A stretch of 64,000 nt of DNA from a virus. The notes below the pieces were generated by a model that was given only the letters and a program-made list of their open reading frames with translations, was not told the DNA's origin and searched no databases. The translations under genes were made by a program, and so were the position numbers. The DNA lies in the IMG/VR virus record IMGVR_UViG_3300009175_000013, positions 1 to 64,000 of that record; one strand, given 5' to 3'. Of this stretch, positions 27,797 to 37,270 are shown in pieces (positions within the stretch are counted from its first letter, which is position 1; the number at the start of each line of letters is the position of its first letter).

Positions 27797-29551
27797 TTAT
27801 TTAAAAGCGAACCAGTACCGCCCGCCACCGTGGATCGGGAAGCACCGCGAATACTTGTGCAAACCACCCTTGGCTTTCTCTTTGCCTTCGGTGATGGCCA
27901 GGCTCTCGTTCAGAGCCTCACAGAGTTCCAGGAAAGTGTCCTGGTCACCAAGGAATTCCACCGCGTTCGGCATCTTGGCCGCACGCAGGGCCGGTTTGAT
28001 CTTCAGTTTTTCTTCGGCCAGGGCCGCGACTTCATCTTCGAGTTTGGGTTCGGCTGCGGGAGCCGGAGTCGCCTCTTCCTTCACTGGCTTCCGCTTCGGC
28101 ATCTTGCCTTTGCATTTCTTATCGCACTCGGCAATCTCACCGACTGGCTTCATCACTGACTCGGTGGGATGTTCAGCCGCTTCTTCGGCGGGACTTTCCG
28201 CAGCTTCGTGAGCCGGACCTTCAGCAGCTTCCTGAGCGGGGGTCTCCCCACCTGGTGCTGGAGGAGTTGAAACTGGGGCTGCTGGGGGTACATCACCAGC
28301 CGAGGCTTCTACTGGGGGAACTGGAGGCCCCGCCCCACCAGGAGCCGCCCCAGGAACAGGAGGAACCGCACCTGCGCCGGCACCCTCCCCTGGCATGGCA
28401 CATCCTTCACAAGATCCAGTTTCAATAGTCTTGCCACAACTCGGGCACTTGACGATTTCGCCCTTGATGGCAGCTGGGAACATTTGCTGCTTGATATCGG
28501 GGAGATCGGCCATAGTGAGCGAGCCCTTAGTCGCACTTAGCGAGGCTAGCTTGGTGGCAATAGCGTCACAATCGCATCCACCACCGCCACCGCCGCCCAT
28601 TGGCGGTTCTTCGCCCAGTGGGGCATCGTCTACTGGCTCATCCTCTCCATCCTTGGGAGGGCCGTCGTCTTCCTTGTCTTCCTTGGGAGGACCGTCTTTC
28701 TTGTCTTTCTTGGGTGGGCCGTCCTTCTTGTCCTTCTTAGGAGGACCATCTTCTTTCTTATCCTTCTTGGGAGGGCCGTCCTCTTTCTTGTCTTTCTTGG
28801 GTGGCCCGTCTTCCTTCTTGTCCTTGGGACCGTCCTCTTTCTTGTCCTTGGGTGGGCCATCCTCTTTCTTGTCCTTCTTGGGTGGGCCGTCTTCCTTCTT
28901 GTCGTCCTTCTTGGGAGGGAACTCTTCCATGATCACGTTGCGTGTGCCTTCACGGCATTCGCGGACGTCTTCCTCGCTCACTTCAAGCTCATCGTCGCTA
29001 GGCATTTCGTCCTCGGATTTGCCTTCTGCGCCGCCCGCGCCTTCGCTCTCACCTTCACCGCCCATCGGAGGGAGATCGTCCTCTCCGGGTTCTTCTTCCA
29101 TTTCGCCTGGCTCACCCTCCCCGCCTGGCTCGACTGGGGCCTCGGTGCCAATGGGTGGCAACCCTGTGGGTTCCGGTGCACTACCTTGGCCATCTGCTAC
29201 CATACGCAGAATTTCGGCCAGGAGGTCACGGTCGATAGTGACAGTCTGTGCTGATACCGCAGCGGGCGCTGCACCAGGAGCAGGAGCCGGGGCCAATGGA
29301 TCAACCTTAGGAGCTGCCGGGCCAGCAACTGGAGCCGGGACTTCGGGAGGAGTGTCGATGGGAGCCTCAGCTGCAGGGACCGCAGACTGGGGGGCAGCTG
29401 GGGCACCGGTGCCATCTACTCCGGGAGTTGCCTCAACCTCGTCGTCGAATCCTGGAATACCACCGCCACCACCGGCCCCGGCAGGTAGCTCCTCTTCCAT
29501 TCCTTCGGCGATAATGCGGACATCATCCAGGCTTGCCATGTTAGTCTCCAT
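27797..29551 (-). CDS. Low-complexity Pro/Glu/Ala-rich protein with KKDKKEDGPP repeats
   Basis: 584-aa ORF with CAAATATA motif upstream. Confidence 0.7.
   Translation of the reverse strand: METNMASLDDVRIIAEGMEEELPAGAGGGGGIPGFDDEVEATPGVDGTGAPAAPQSAVPAAEAPIDTPPEVPAPVAGPAAPKVDPLAPAPAPGAAPAAVSAQTVTIDRDLLAEILRMVADGQGSAPEPTGLPPIGTEAPVEPGGEGEPGEMEEEPGEDDLPPMGGEGESEGAGGAEGKSEDEMPSDDELEVSEEDVRECREGTRNVIMEEFPPKKDDKKEDGPPKKDKKEDGPPKDKKEDGPKDKKEDGPPKKDKKEDGPPKKDKKEDGPPKKDKKDGPPKKDKKDGPPKEDKEDDGPPKDGEDEPVDDAPLGEEPPMGGGGGGGCDCDAIATKLASLSATKGSLTMADLPDIKQQMFPAAIKGEIVKCPSCGKTIETGSCEGCAMPGEGAGAGAVPPVPGAAPGGAGPPVPPVEASAGDVPPAAPVSTPPAPGGETPAQEAAEGPAHEAAESPAEEAAEHPTESVMKPVGEIAECDKKCKGKMPKRKPVKEEATPAPAAEPKLEDEVAALAEEKLKIKPALRAAKMPNAVEFLGDQDTFLELCEALNESLAITEGKEKAKGGLHKYSRCFPIHGGGRYWFAFK
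28653..28919 (-). repeat. Degenerate 24-30-nt coding tandem repeat (KKDKKEDGPP, about 9-10 units)
   Basis: Visible in both DNA and translation. Confidence 0.85.
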
Positions 29552-30440
29552 ATGCGATCTGAATTATATTTGCACGGTCGTTAGATAGAATTAGATGTCT
29601 ATCATCCATCCCCCTACGCTCAGCAAATACCTCACTCGGAGCACCGTCGTAACAGGCCTTATATACTATGCAGCCTGGTAACTGTACCCTTTCGATCCAC
29701 GCCACTCCGTCGCCCCAACCCTTCAGCTCCTCAAATAAAACGGCCACCTTATCAAACAAGGCCAGCTCGTTCTCCATCGTGGGAGCACACATCCCAGCGT
29801 ACCGCTCGATCAAGCGGCTCGCCCACACATTCTTAATCAACTCAGCAGCACGCGGGCATGACTCCACAATCTGCTTATAATCAGATACCGGATCATCCAA
29901 CTGCTCCGCCAGCAGCACTGCCTGCGTCGGATCATCTAATGACTTAATAACGTCGTCAGCTACGACGGCTTTAGCCCCATGTTTTTTGAATTTCGCTGCA
30001 TTCCTCTTGTTCTTCAATCCCTGCCGCCGCACTGACATCTTGCCCCTACCAGTTTTAGTTGGATCATTGTTTGCTGGTCTATGCGGGGTCTGGTCGAAAT
30101 TGCGTTCTGTGGGTTCTGGATTGGGCAGCCGAGTGTGGCGGTGGATTCTCTCCAGAGTGCTCTTGGCCGTGGCCTCCAGCATGTTCTGACCCGCTGGTCT
30201 AGGCCCATATTTTACATCCAGGATGCGGGGGGCGTTTTCATGGACGTAATCAACCATATGGCTTTTGGTGAGGTAGCAGACTTTGCCCTCGGTGGTGGAT
30301 ACGACGTAGGCTTTTCCATCCTCAGCAATCTCCGGCCCCTCCACGTCAGTTTTTTCGAGCTGCCCCAGCTTAGCTTTGAGGATACGATGGAAATCGTTGA
30401 CTTCACTCTTCCATGTCATATCGGTTATCCTCTGTAGCAA
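29541..30440 (-). CDS. Hypothetical protein
   Basis: 299-aa ORF in the minus-strand operon. Confidence 0.65.
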   Translation of the reverse strand: MLQRITDMTWKSEVNDFHRILKAKLGQLEKTDVEGPEIAEDGKAYVVSTTEGKVCYLTKSHMVDYVHENAPRILDVKYGPRPAGQNMLEATAKSTLERIHRHTRLPNPEPTERNFDQTPHRPANNDPTKTGRGKMSVRRQGLKNKRNAAKFKKHGAKAVVADDVIKSLDDPTQAVLLAEQLDDPVSDYKQIVESCPRAAELIKNVWASRLIERYAGMCAPTMENELALFDKVAVLFEELKGWGDGVAWIERVQLPGCIVYKACYDGAPSEVFAERRGMDDRHLILSNDRANIIQIAYGD

Positions 30441-31305
30441 CGGAGCGTAACTTCTGTTGCTTGTCGTGGAGAGGGGAATCGGTGAACTCGTTGCTCCGCA
30501 AGCGTATCATCTTCAGGAATCCGGCAACTTGCGCCCGCGACTGTCCCGAAATCCTGACCAATTTCCCGATAATTCCCTCATATGGCCTGTCGTCAGTCTT
30601 AGAGATATACTCCAATGCCTCCAAGACTGCGGCATAATTCTTATTATATTTGAGAAGGTGTCGGGCCTCCGTCAGGAACCGCTGAAGAGCCTCGTTGGTC
30701 TTTGGCGTTGTCTTATGATCCAAATGGCTACGATAAGCATCACTGTTCTTGTAGTCGCGGCTCTCCTTCTTAATATATGCCAGGATGACCGTGCGGGCGA
30801 CCTGACTCCATAAATTGAACACCTTTGAAGTTCCGCGATAGACTATCCTGGAGGGGATCTCGCCGCATTGGGGGCAGTGTATCTTCTGCTTCGCCACATC
30901 GTGCGGCTCTATGATATCGTATTGATGAATAGCTGGATTAAAGATACAGGAGTCCATGGGGCGGATGGTGTTGTAGCACTGAGCACAGTGCACGCGCGCC
31001 TTATACTTATACAATGTTTTTTCAATTTGGCACCAGCCTGTTTGGAACAGATCCATAAAAGCTGATTCTTCTTGCCCTGGATAGATGCGATGCAGGTTGT
31101 GTGCTCGGATGATTTGGCGGATTAGTTCCTCGGTATTGGTCATGATCTGGTCGCGGAGAGTGCGATCAGTGCATCCCGTCCACCGGTACTTGAGCATGAG
31201 GTCTTCGACTTTATTATTGTCGAAGTATAATTTTCTGCCTGGGGTGGTTGTAGTAGGGAAAATAACGACTTCAGGCGACTTCATAATCTTACTCGATTCT
31301 GGCAA
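30403..31305 (-). CDS. Putative late-transcription sigma factor (T4 gp55-like) with Zn-ribbon insert
   Basis: YFDNNK N-terminus and KVFNLWSQVARTVILAYIKKE resemble gp55 region 2; CAQC...CPQC insert. Confidence 0.55.
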   Translation of the reverse strand: MPESSKIMKSPEVVIFPTTTTPGRKLYFDNNKVEDLMLKYRWTGCTDRTLRDQIMTNTEELIRQIIRAHNLHRIYPGQEESAFMDLFQTGWCQIEKTLYKYKARVHCAQCYNTIRPMDSCIFNPAIHQYDIIEPHDVAKQKIHCPQCGEIPSRIVYRGTSKVFNLWSQVARTVILAYIKKESRDYKNSDAYRSHLDHKTTPKTNEALQRFLTEARHLLKYNKNYAAVLEALEYISKTDDRPYEGIIGKLVRISGQSRAQVAGFLKMIRLRSNEFTDSPLHDKQQKLRSVATEDNRYDMEE

Positions 31306-31384
31306 GAGGTGCCGGCCATGACTGTGGCGATATATTATAAATACTGACCCGTAATTCTATTATGCCACTTTAGATACCCACAAG

Positions 31385-32926
31385 TCAATATTTGGGCCGC
31401 CGGAACCTGGAACGGATAAATTTATAAACATCCACCACGCCATTCTTAAACACGATCTTGGCATCATATCCCATGCTGGCCACCGCCCTAATCCGGCTAC
31501 GAGAATGATCATATAGATAGTGGTTGCACAGAAAGAAGAAATCATAGATCGTGGCGTGGCCACGCTTATTCACCCGCACTGCCCTCCCTAACTTCTGACT
31601 AAAGTCTGACTCTAACTTGCCGCCAGTGGCAATGATCAGAGTCTCGCACCCGCCCTTCAAATCCATGCCTCGTTTAACGATCTTACCGCCAATGAGCACA
31701 TTGACATGCCGCGACTCGAAATTCTTAATTGCCTCCTTTCGATCTTTCATCGAGTGATCGCCACAGATAAACTTAGACCCCGCAATGGCCAGCTCCAGAG
31801 CGTAGCCGAGAGGCTTACTCTCTACTAGAATTAGCACCCCGTGGGTTGGATCGCCCCTGGTGCACTTCGCCACCAGCTTCGCCACCAGGCTGTGGAATTG
31901 CGTATTGCCGATTAGATGTTCCTGAACAGCAATGTCGAAGGCCGATTTGTCCTTGATCAACCCTTCATCGCCGAACGCGATCGCAATATAATCAACTGGA
32001 ATAATACGATGGATCTCTTCGAGACGGTCCTTGCCCACATGAAAAATGACCGAGCCCAAATGCTCCTTAAGCACTATGGCTTGAACTGGCTTACTCTTAT
32101 CGTAGGGAGTCCCACTAAAGCCAAAACGGTATCGACCCTTGAACCAATGCCAGAAAAGGTTCTTCCATTGAGCGCTGACGGCACAATCACATTCGTCAAC
32201 CAACAATAGCTCACACCGCGCGATAATCTCACGCAGCTTCTTAGCGTTGTTCCTCCGCGTCTTCCAGGCTGCCATCTTCTTGGCGTAACTCTCCGGGGTA
32301 TCCTTCTTCAAATGGTCGGGCGGCGGGGGAATGATCAGCGACTGAAACGACCCTACAATAATCTGCTGGCCATTGGGACGCTTACCGGCATAGAACATGC
32401 CGATTTCCTCGGCGGCTTTCCGTAGCTCTAGCCTTTCCTTGATCTGATCTACCACCACGGTCATGTCACAAAGGATTACAGTGGGGCAATTGTAGGCCTT
32501 GGCGATGCCGGCCATCATTTCGGTCTTCCCACCCCCAGTCTTGCAGGAGATAGTCCCAACCTCCTCCTTGCAACATACCTGGATCGCCTCCACCTGGTGA
32601 TCATCTAGTATGATATTGTGCAAATAATCTTTGGTGATGGTAGCAGGATCCGGCATAAGATGCTTGGCCGGGCCACGCTCATCACGAACCATAAGCGGCA
32701 TCCCATGCTTATCACAGACCCGCTTCAACTCCCCCAACAATGGCCTGGCTAGCCGGTGGTGGGCCTTATTATACTTGTGATAAACGCCATCAAAGAATCC
32801 GCTAGATAGATCCAAGTATTGCTGCCGAGGGTGGCGGACACTAAATTCCTTATCTAGAGTACTCTCCTCCTGGGCAGTGATCTGCTCAATGTAGATCCAC
32901 TTATTATCAAAGATCCGAGCGAGCAT
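31385..32926 (-). CDS. uvsW: SF2 DNA helicase (UvsW-like)
   Basis: KTGGGKT, LLVDECD, FGFSGTP, QKLGRAVR motifs. Confidence 0.85.
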   Translation of the reverse strand: MLARIFDNKWIYIEQITAQEESTLDKEFSVRHPRQQYLDLSSGFFDGVYHKYNKAHHRLARPLLGELKRVCDKHGMPLMVRDERGPAKHLMPDPATITKDYLHNIILDDHQVEAIQVCCKEEVGTISCKTGGGKTEMMAGIAKAYNCPTVILCDMTVVVDQIKERLELRKAAEEIGMFYAGKRPNGQQIIVGSFQSLIIPPPPDHLKKDTPESYAKKMAAWKTRRNNAKKLREIIARCELLLVDECDCAVSAQWKNLFWHWFKGRYRFGFSGTPYDKSKPVQAIVLKEHLGSVIFHVGKDRLEEIHRIIPVDYIAIAFGDEGLIKDKSAFDIAVQEHLIGNTQFHSLVAKLVAKCTRGDPTHGVLILVESKPLGYALELAIAGSKFICGDHSMKDRKEAIKNFESRHVNVLIGGKIVKRGMDLKGGCETLIIATGGKLESDFSQKLGRAVRVNKRGHATIYDFFFLCNHYLYDHSRSRIRAVASMGYDAKIVFKNGVVDVYKFIRSRFRRPKY

Positions 32927-33555
32927 CAGTCAGTCCTAAAATCAGCACCCAGAATAGCCCTAATTCTACATTTCAGCGAAGCATTTCGATAGAGTTTGCA
33001 CCTAATATGGAATAAATCGGCATAATTAGGTACCATTCCTCTTTCTACCCCGCATAGCCGATCAATTGCCATGCCCGCTTTTCTAGATACAGCCAGGAAA
33101 TTCCTGGATATCTCCCCACGCATATACCATCGCACAATGTTGGGCAGGCCACGCGGGGTATTCCGTGCTGAGGCGTCGGCTGAATTAAAAAGAGCCAGGT
33201 CTGACTCCAATTTGGTCAACAGCCCATATTGGTGCCCCTGAGCCTCAGCGGCTATTTTCGTGCACTCCTCCAGTATCTGATCGTTGGTTAGTAAGGCCAG
33301 ACCCTTGCGAAGCTGCTTATGGGTCATAGCATACTGAACAACTGCTTCGACGATCCGAATGGTTGCCTCTTCACTGGCACCCAATTCTTCGACTTTCAGA
33401 GCAAAATTGACTAAATACCGCCACTTGTAGGTCTTCTCGGGAGGAGTGTCCGCAGGAAACGCGATCACCACGCCCGCCTTCCGAAAGGCATCCTGGCAGT
33501 ATTTGAAGAGCCTGAAGATTTTAACCTTGTCCGGAGCTATCACAATGTCTGACAC
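32926..33555 (-). CDS. Hypothetical protein
   Basis: Coupled to the helicase gene by TGATG overlap. Confidence 0.6.
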   Translation of the reverse strand: MSDIVIAPDKVKIFRLFKYCQDAFRKAGVVIAFPADTPPEKTYKWRYLVNFALKVEELGASEEATIRIVEAVVQYAMTHKQLRKGLALLTNDQILEECTKIAAEAQGHQYGLLTKLESDLALFNSADASARNTPRGLPNIVRWYMRGEISRNFLAVSRKAGMAIDRLCGVERGMVPNYADLFHIRCKLYRNASLKCRIRAILGADFRTD

Positions 33556-33838
33556 GCCAACCTCCGAACCTCAAAATACGACGCCGACACCCCCAGACCG
33601 CCTCCACCCAGGCGGGACACCGCTGACTGATGGGGCGTCAAAGCGTGAATTATTCTTCAAAGGATTTTCCGAGCAGCTAGAAGCCCAGGGGGTCAAAGTA
33701 GCCTTCGCTTTCATCTACGACCAAGACGCCAAAGAGCCACTAGTCTTCTGCAAAGGCAATCTATATCAAGTCACCAAGGCGGCGGTGGAATTCGCCCGCT
33801 TCATGAAGCATAAACTCGACGAGGATCTAACCGTATGA
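33545..33838 (+). CDS. Hypothetical protein
   Basis: GGAG RBS; coupled to the methyltransferase by ATGA overlap. Confidence 0.55.
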   Translation: MSDTPTSEPQNTTPTPPDRLHPGGTPLTDGASKRELFFKGFSEQLEAQGVKVAFAFIYDQDAKEPLVFCKGNLYQVTKAAVEFARFMKHKLDEDLTV

Positions 33839-34587
33839 ACACCAAGCTCTGCTGGACCAGTACCTGCCTCCACGGCGATAGCCTAGGTTGGATGCGCCAA
33901 CAAATCGTGCCATTCGCCGATCTGATTATCGCCGACCCGCCCTTCAACATCGGGTGGAAGTACGATGCATACCAAGACAAACGCGCTTCCGGGGACTACC
34001 TGGGCTGGACTACTGAGTGGATCACCGAAGCGAAGCGGCTGCTCAAGCCAACCGGGAATCTCCTCATCTGCATGGGGGACGAATACGTCTCGGACATAGA
34101 TGTTATCTGCCGCCACACCCTGAAGCTGAGCCGCCAGAACTGGATAGTCTGGCACTACTCTTTCGGGCAATCTGGCACCCTCGAAAGCCGCACAGGCTTT
34201 ACTCGCAGCAAGACCCACGTGCTGCGATATTCCTTGGGGAAGCCATATTTCAATGCCGCCGCTGTCGCCGAGCCGTCTGACCGCCAATTAAAGTATCACG
34301 ACAAAAGAGCAGACCCACGGGGTAAGTGCCCAAATGATGTGTTTATCTTCAAGCGCGTCTGCGGCACCCACGTTGAGCGAGTGCGTGGTGTTAGCACCCA
34401 AATGCCTGTGGCCCTGCTCGAGAAATGGGTTAAGGCGATGTGCCCAGAAGATGGCTTCGTGTTCGACCCATTCCCAGGCAGTGGGGCCAGCTTGATAGCC
34501 GCCAAGCGGCTCAATCGACAATATGTGGGGGTAGAGCTAAGCGAAACCTACCACCGGCTAATCCTAGCCAGACTGGCGAAGGCCTAG
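33835..34587 (+). CDS. DNA methyltransferase, N4/N6 beta class
   Basis: ADPPFN precedes FDPFPGSG. Confidence 0.9.
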   Translation: MNTKLCWTSTCLHGDSLGWMRQQIVPFADLIIADPPFNIGWKYDAYQDKRASGDYLGWTTEWITEAKRLLKPTGNLLICMGDEYVSDIDVICRHTLKLSRQNWIVWHYSFGQSGTLESRTGFTRSKTHVLRYSLGKPYFNAAAVAEPSDRQLKYHDKRADPRGKCPNDVFIFKRVCGTHVERVRGVSTQMPVALLEKWVKAMCPEDGFVFDPFPGSGASLIAAKRLNRQYVGVELSETYHRLILARLAKA

Positions 34588-36170
34588 CGGACTTCGTAAT
34601 AGTACCGGATTTCCTTGTTGCCGAGCGTGAGCAATTCGTTCACGTCCACGCCGGTTCCACCTTCCGTCCCAGCAGCCGTATTCACATCGTTGGTCGGCAA
34701 AATATTGTTCGCGGGGGCGAATAGATCCACATACTTCACCCCATCCACGCTGCCAATAGCCTGCTGCAGCTTAGAAGTGAATAGCCCCTGCCCCATGCTC
34801 CAATTGGCAATGTTAAAGAAATCGGCAATGGCCTTCTCAACATTGACCTTAACCACGGAAGCGTCAGCACTCCGGCTCATAACTACTGTCAAATCCAGAT
34901 CGACGGCCTTGATCTTGCCATCCAGCACCGATACGCTATCGGTCAGTGTATTCAGCTCATCCACATAGCTCTGGACGGCCCGCTTTAGCCCCTCATTGGC
35001 GGCGATTGGTTGATCTGGACCGATCGCCAGAACGTACAGCTCAACCAAATTGGTATTGATGTCCGTCCGTACTGTCGCGGCGGCCTTGGCTATCGAACCA
35101 TATACAGGATGGCTATATGACCCAACCAGTTGCGCATAATCCGAGCCAGTGACAATCGAATTGTGGGTGGCAAAATCGCGTGGGGCACGTGATTTGGCCT
35201 GGTCGATGGTCTCAGCGTCAACCCCGCCAGAACTAGGAGTGACATTCCGGAAGAGCACGGTAACGGGGGCAGTATACGGGTAATTCGGCGTGACCGGCCT
35301 GGTCTCACTAATCACCCCGACGCCAATTCTGCCAATGGCCCCACCACCGAGGCGATAGGTGCATTTGATATCCGCCCCCGCTTGCGGGATAGCTCCGGTT
35401 ATGTTGTCTCCGAATATAAATTCGATTCGCTTGCTAAAAATCCTAGCTTCAAACACCTTATCGTTGGCCCCCGCCTTCTCGATGGCATCAATCTGGTTCC
35501 ATTCAGTAGTGATGCTATCGAGAATAACCTCCACCTTCAGGGGCGATTCTAGGATATTCTCGCTGGTATTGACGGTGATGATCTGACCGGCTGACCCGTC
35601 ACTGGAAGACACAGTAAAATCGGTTACTCCCTGTACCCCATATGCGATTACAGCCCGTTTCCCCGCTGGGATCACAATATCGCCAGCCAGGTCGGTGGGT
35701 GATCTGAACACTTCATAGCCAATCGAGGCCCCCGTGCTCCCTTTGATGGTGAACTTCTGTGCAGCTGAAATGGCGACATCTGAACCAACTGGGCTGGACA
35801 CTGAGCACTCAATATCCACCACTGCTGGTGTGGCACGCCTGATGGTCTGGCCGATTAGGACTAGGTGATTGGCCACTGCTTCCGGGTCGGTCGCAGTGGG
35901 TAGGAATCCCTGATTGCCCTGCATATCGCCGCGAAGACTGAGCACGCCGGTGAGATAAGAGATGAGTTCCAACAGCATGATAATGCCGTTATTGCTCACG
36001 AAGTCGTTGAAATCATTGGGAAAGTAGGTCTTGATATACTCTACAGTAGCCCGCCGCGCGGTGGCAAATTCCAGGGCACTGAAGTCGATCTTGCGCAGCT
36101 CCGAGGGAGGCAGCAAGACGCTGAATTCCTCGGGGCTAGTGGGTAGTTTAAAGAGGGTTTCTTCAGACAT
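34584..36170 (-). CDS. Baseplate wedge protein (gp6/baseplate J-like)
   Basis: IDFSALEF, GGVDAETIDQAK.RAP, VTGSDY motifs. Confidence 0.88.
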   Translation of the reverse strand: MSEETLFKLPTSPEEFSVLLPPSELRKIDFSALEFATARRATVEYIKTYFPNDFNDFVSNNGIIMLLELISYLTGVLSLRGDMQGNQGFLPTATDPEAVANHLVLIGQTIRRATPAVVDIECSVSSPVGSDVAISAAQKFTIKGSTGASIGYEVFRSPTDLAGDIVIPAGKRAVIAYGVQGVTDFTVSSSDGSAGQIITVNTSENILESPLKVEVILDSITTEWNQIDAIEKAGANDKVFEARIFSKRIEFIFGDNITGAIPQAGADIKCTYRLGGGAIGRIGVGVISETRPVTPNYPYTAPVTVLFRNVTPSSGGVDAETIDQAKSRAPRDFATHNSIVTGSDYAQLVGSYSHPVYGSIAKAAATVRTDINTNLVELYVLAIGPDQPIAANEGLKRAVQSYVDELNTLTDSVSVLDGKIKAVDLDLTVVMSRSADASVVKVNVEKAIADFFNIANWSMGQGLFTSKLQQAIGSVDGVKYVDLFAPANNILPTNDVNTAAGTEGGTGVDVNELLTLGNKEIRYYYEVR

Positions 36171-36557
36171 TTAGGCCTCCGTAGCCTGCTGCATTGGCAA
36201 ATTAAGTTCGATCTCGAAGGTTTGGTTGGGCTGGTCAGTAAATGTACCACTCACGGTAATGTTGACCATGTGCTTTTCTTCATCGGTTGTAATATTAACT
36301 GCCGCCTGCACCCTTGGCTCATATTGAGAAATAGCAGACTGAATATTGGATATTAGTCCGCTAATCCCTTGCTGGTCGATATTCTCGAACAAGTACTGCT
36401 TAATGCCAGTCCCCCAAGTGGGGCGCATCATCCGTTCTCCCGGAGACGTCATCAGCAGCTGCAGCAGGTCATTCTTGATAATTCTATCGCCCGATTGCTG
36501 CGACAGAATGTTCTGCTGACCGCCAATAAATGGTGGGTTCCACCCTTTGTAAATCAT
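36171..36557 (-). CDS. Baseplate gp25-like protein
   Basis: LMTSPGERMMRPTWG...YEPRV. Confidence 0.92.
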   Translation of the reverse strand: MIYKGWNPPFIGGQQNILSQQSGDRIIKNDLLQLLMTSPGERMMRPTWGTGIKQYLFENIDQQGISGLISNIQSAISQYEPRVQAAVNITTDEEKHMVNITVSGTFTDQPNQTFEIELNLPMQQATEA

Positions 36558-37270
36558 TAATCCACCAACGCAGCTAGTGCACGTAGCTGATCCTGTTTTT
36601 GCTGAACCTGGGCTGGAATAGCATTTAGTTCAGCCACCACAGCATCTAGGCTGCTCTGGGCCTGGGTCTGGGCAGCCACCGCTTTGGCCTTGGCATTTTG
36701 GATAGGCACATTGCCCGAATCGGTGCTCAAGATCACATCCAAGCCACTGATAACCGTGGTAGCTTCATTAATGGTCTTCTGGTAGCTGACGGCGTCAACT
36801 CCCAGTAAATCCTTGTGTCTCTGCAACTCACCAAGCTCCGCTAGGATTACCTGTTGGGCCTTGGCGGCCCCTGCCGACACGCTAGCCATATCAGCACTGT
36901 CCAGCCCAACATCCTCTCCGTTGACATAATACTGGTCGTGCTGGGTATCAATGGAGGAGTCTACCGAGGTCACGGTTGCGGTTGCTACCGTATCGAACCC
37001 CAAAACCTGCCCAACATAAAATAGGGAATTGCCAGACACAACATCGCTGGGCCTATTATCCTTGGTGGTAAAGACCAAGGCACCGAGCGCGGCCCGGTTG
37101 ACCGGCGGGACATCCCTCTGACGTGCCCCAATACCAGATGGGATCTGGCTGAAATTCAGCGACGATCGTGGCGGGTCATTATTGCTGATGGTATAGACTA
37201 CACTGGTGTCGTCCGAGGGAGTCTTCGGAAGAACATTACTATATGAACCTGTGGGGTGGCTTAGGATCAT
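36557..37270 (-). CDS. Hypothetical baseplate-region protein with coiled-coil C-terminus
   Basis: Coupled ORF. Confidence 0.6.
   Translation of the reverse strand: MILSHPTGSYSNVLPKTPSDDTSVVYTISNNDPPRSSLNFSQIPSGIGARQRDVPPVNRAALGALVFTTKDNRPSDVVSGNSLFYVGQVLGFDTVATATVTSVDSSIDTQHDQYYVNGEDVGLDSADMASVSAGAAKAQQVILAELGELQRHKDLLGVDAVSYQKTINEATTVISGLDVILSTDSGNVPIQNAKAKAVAAQTQAQSSLDAVVAELNAIPAQVQQKQDQLRALAALVD

Noticed and set aside
28653-28919. CRISPR array
   Set aside because: A degenerate in-frame coding repeat without unique spacers. The 27-bp repeat at 11092 likewise has no spacer.
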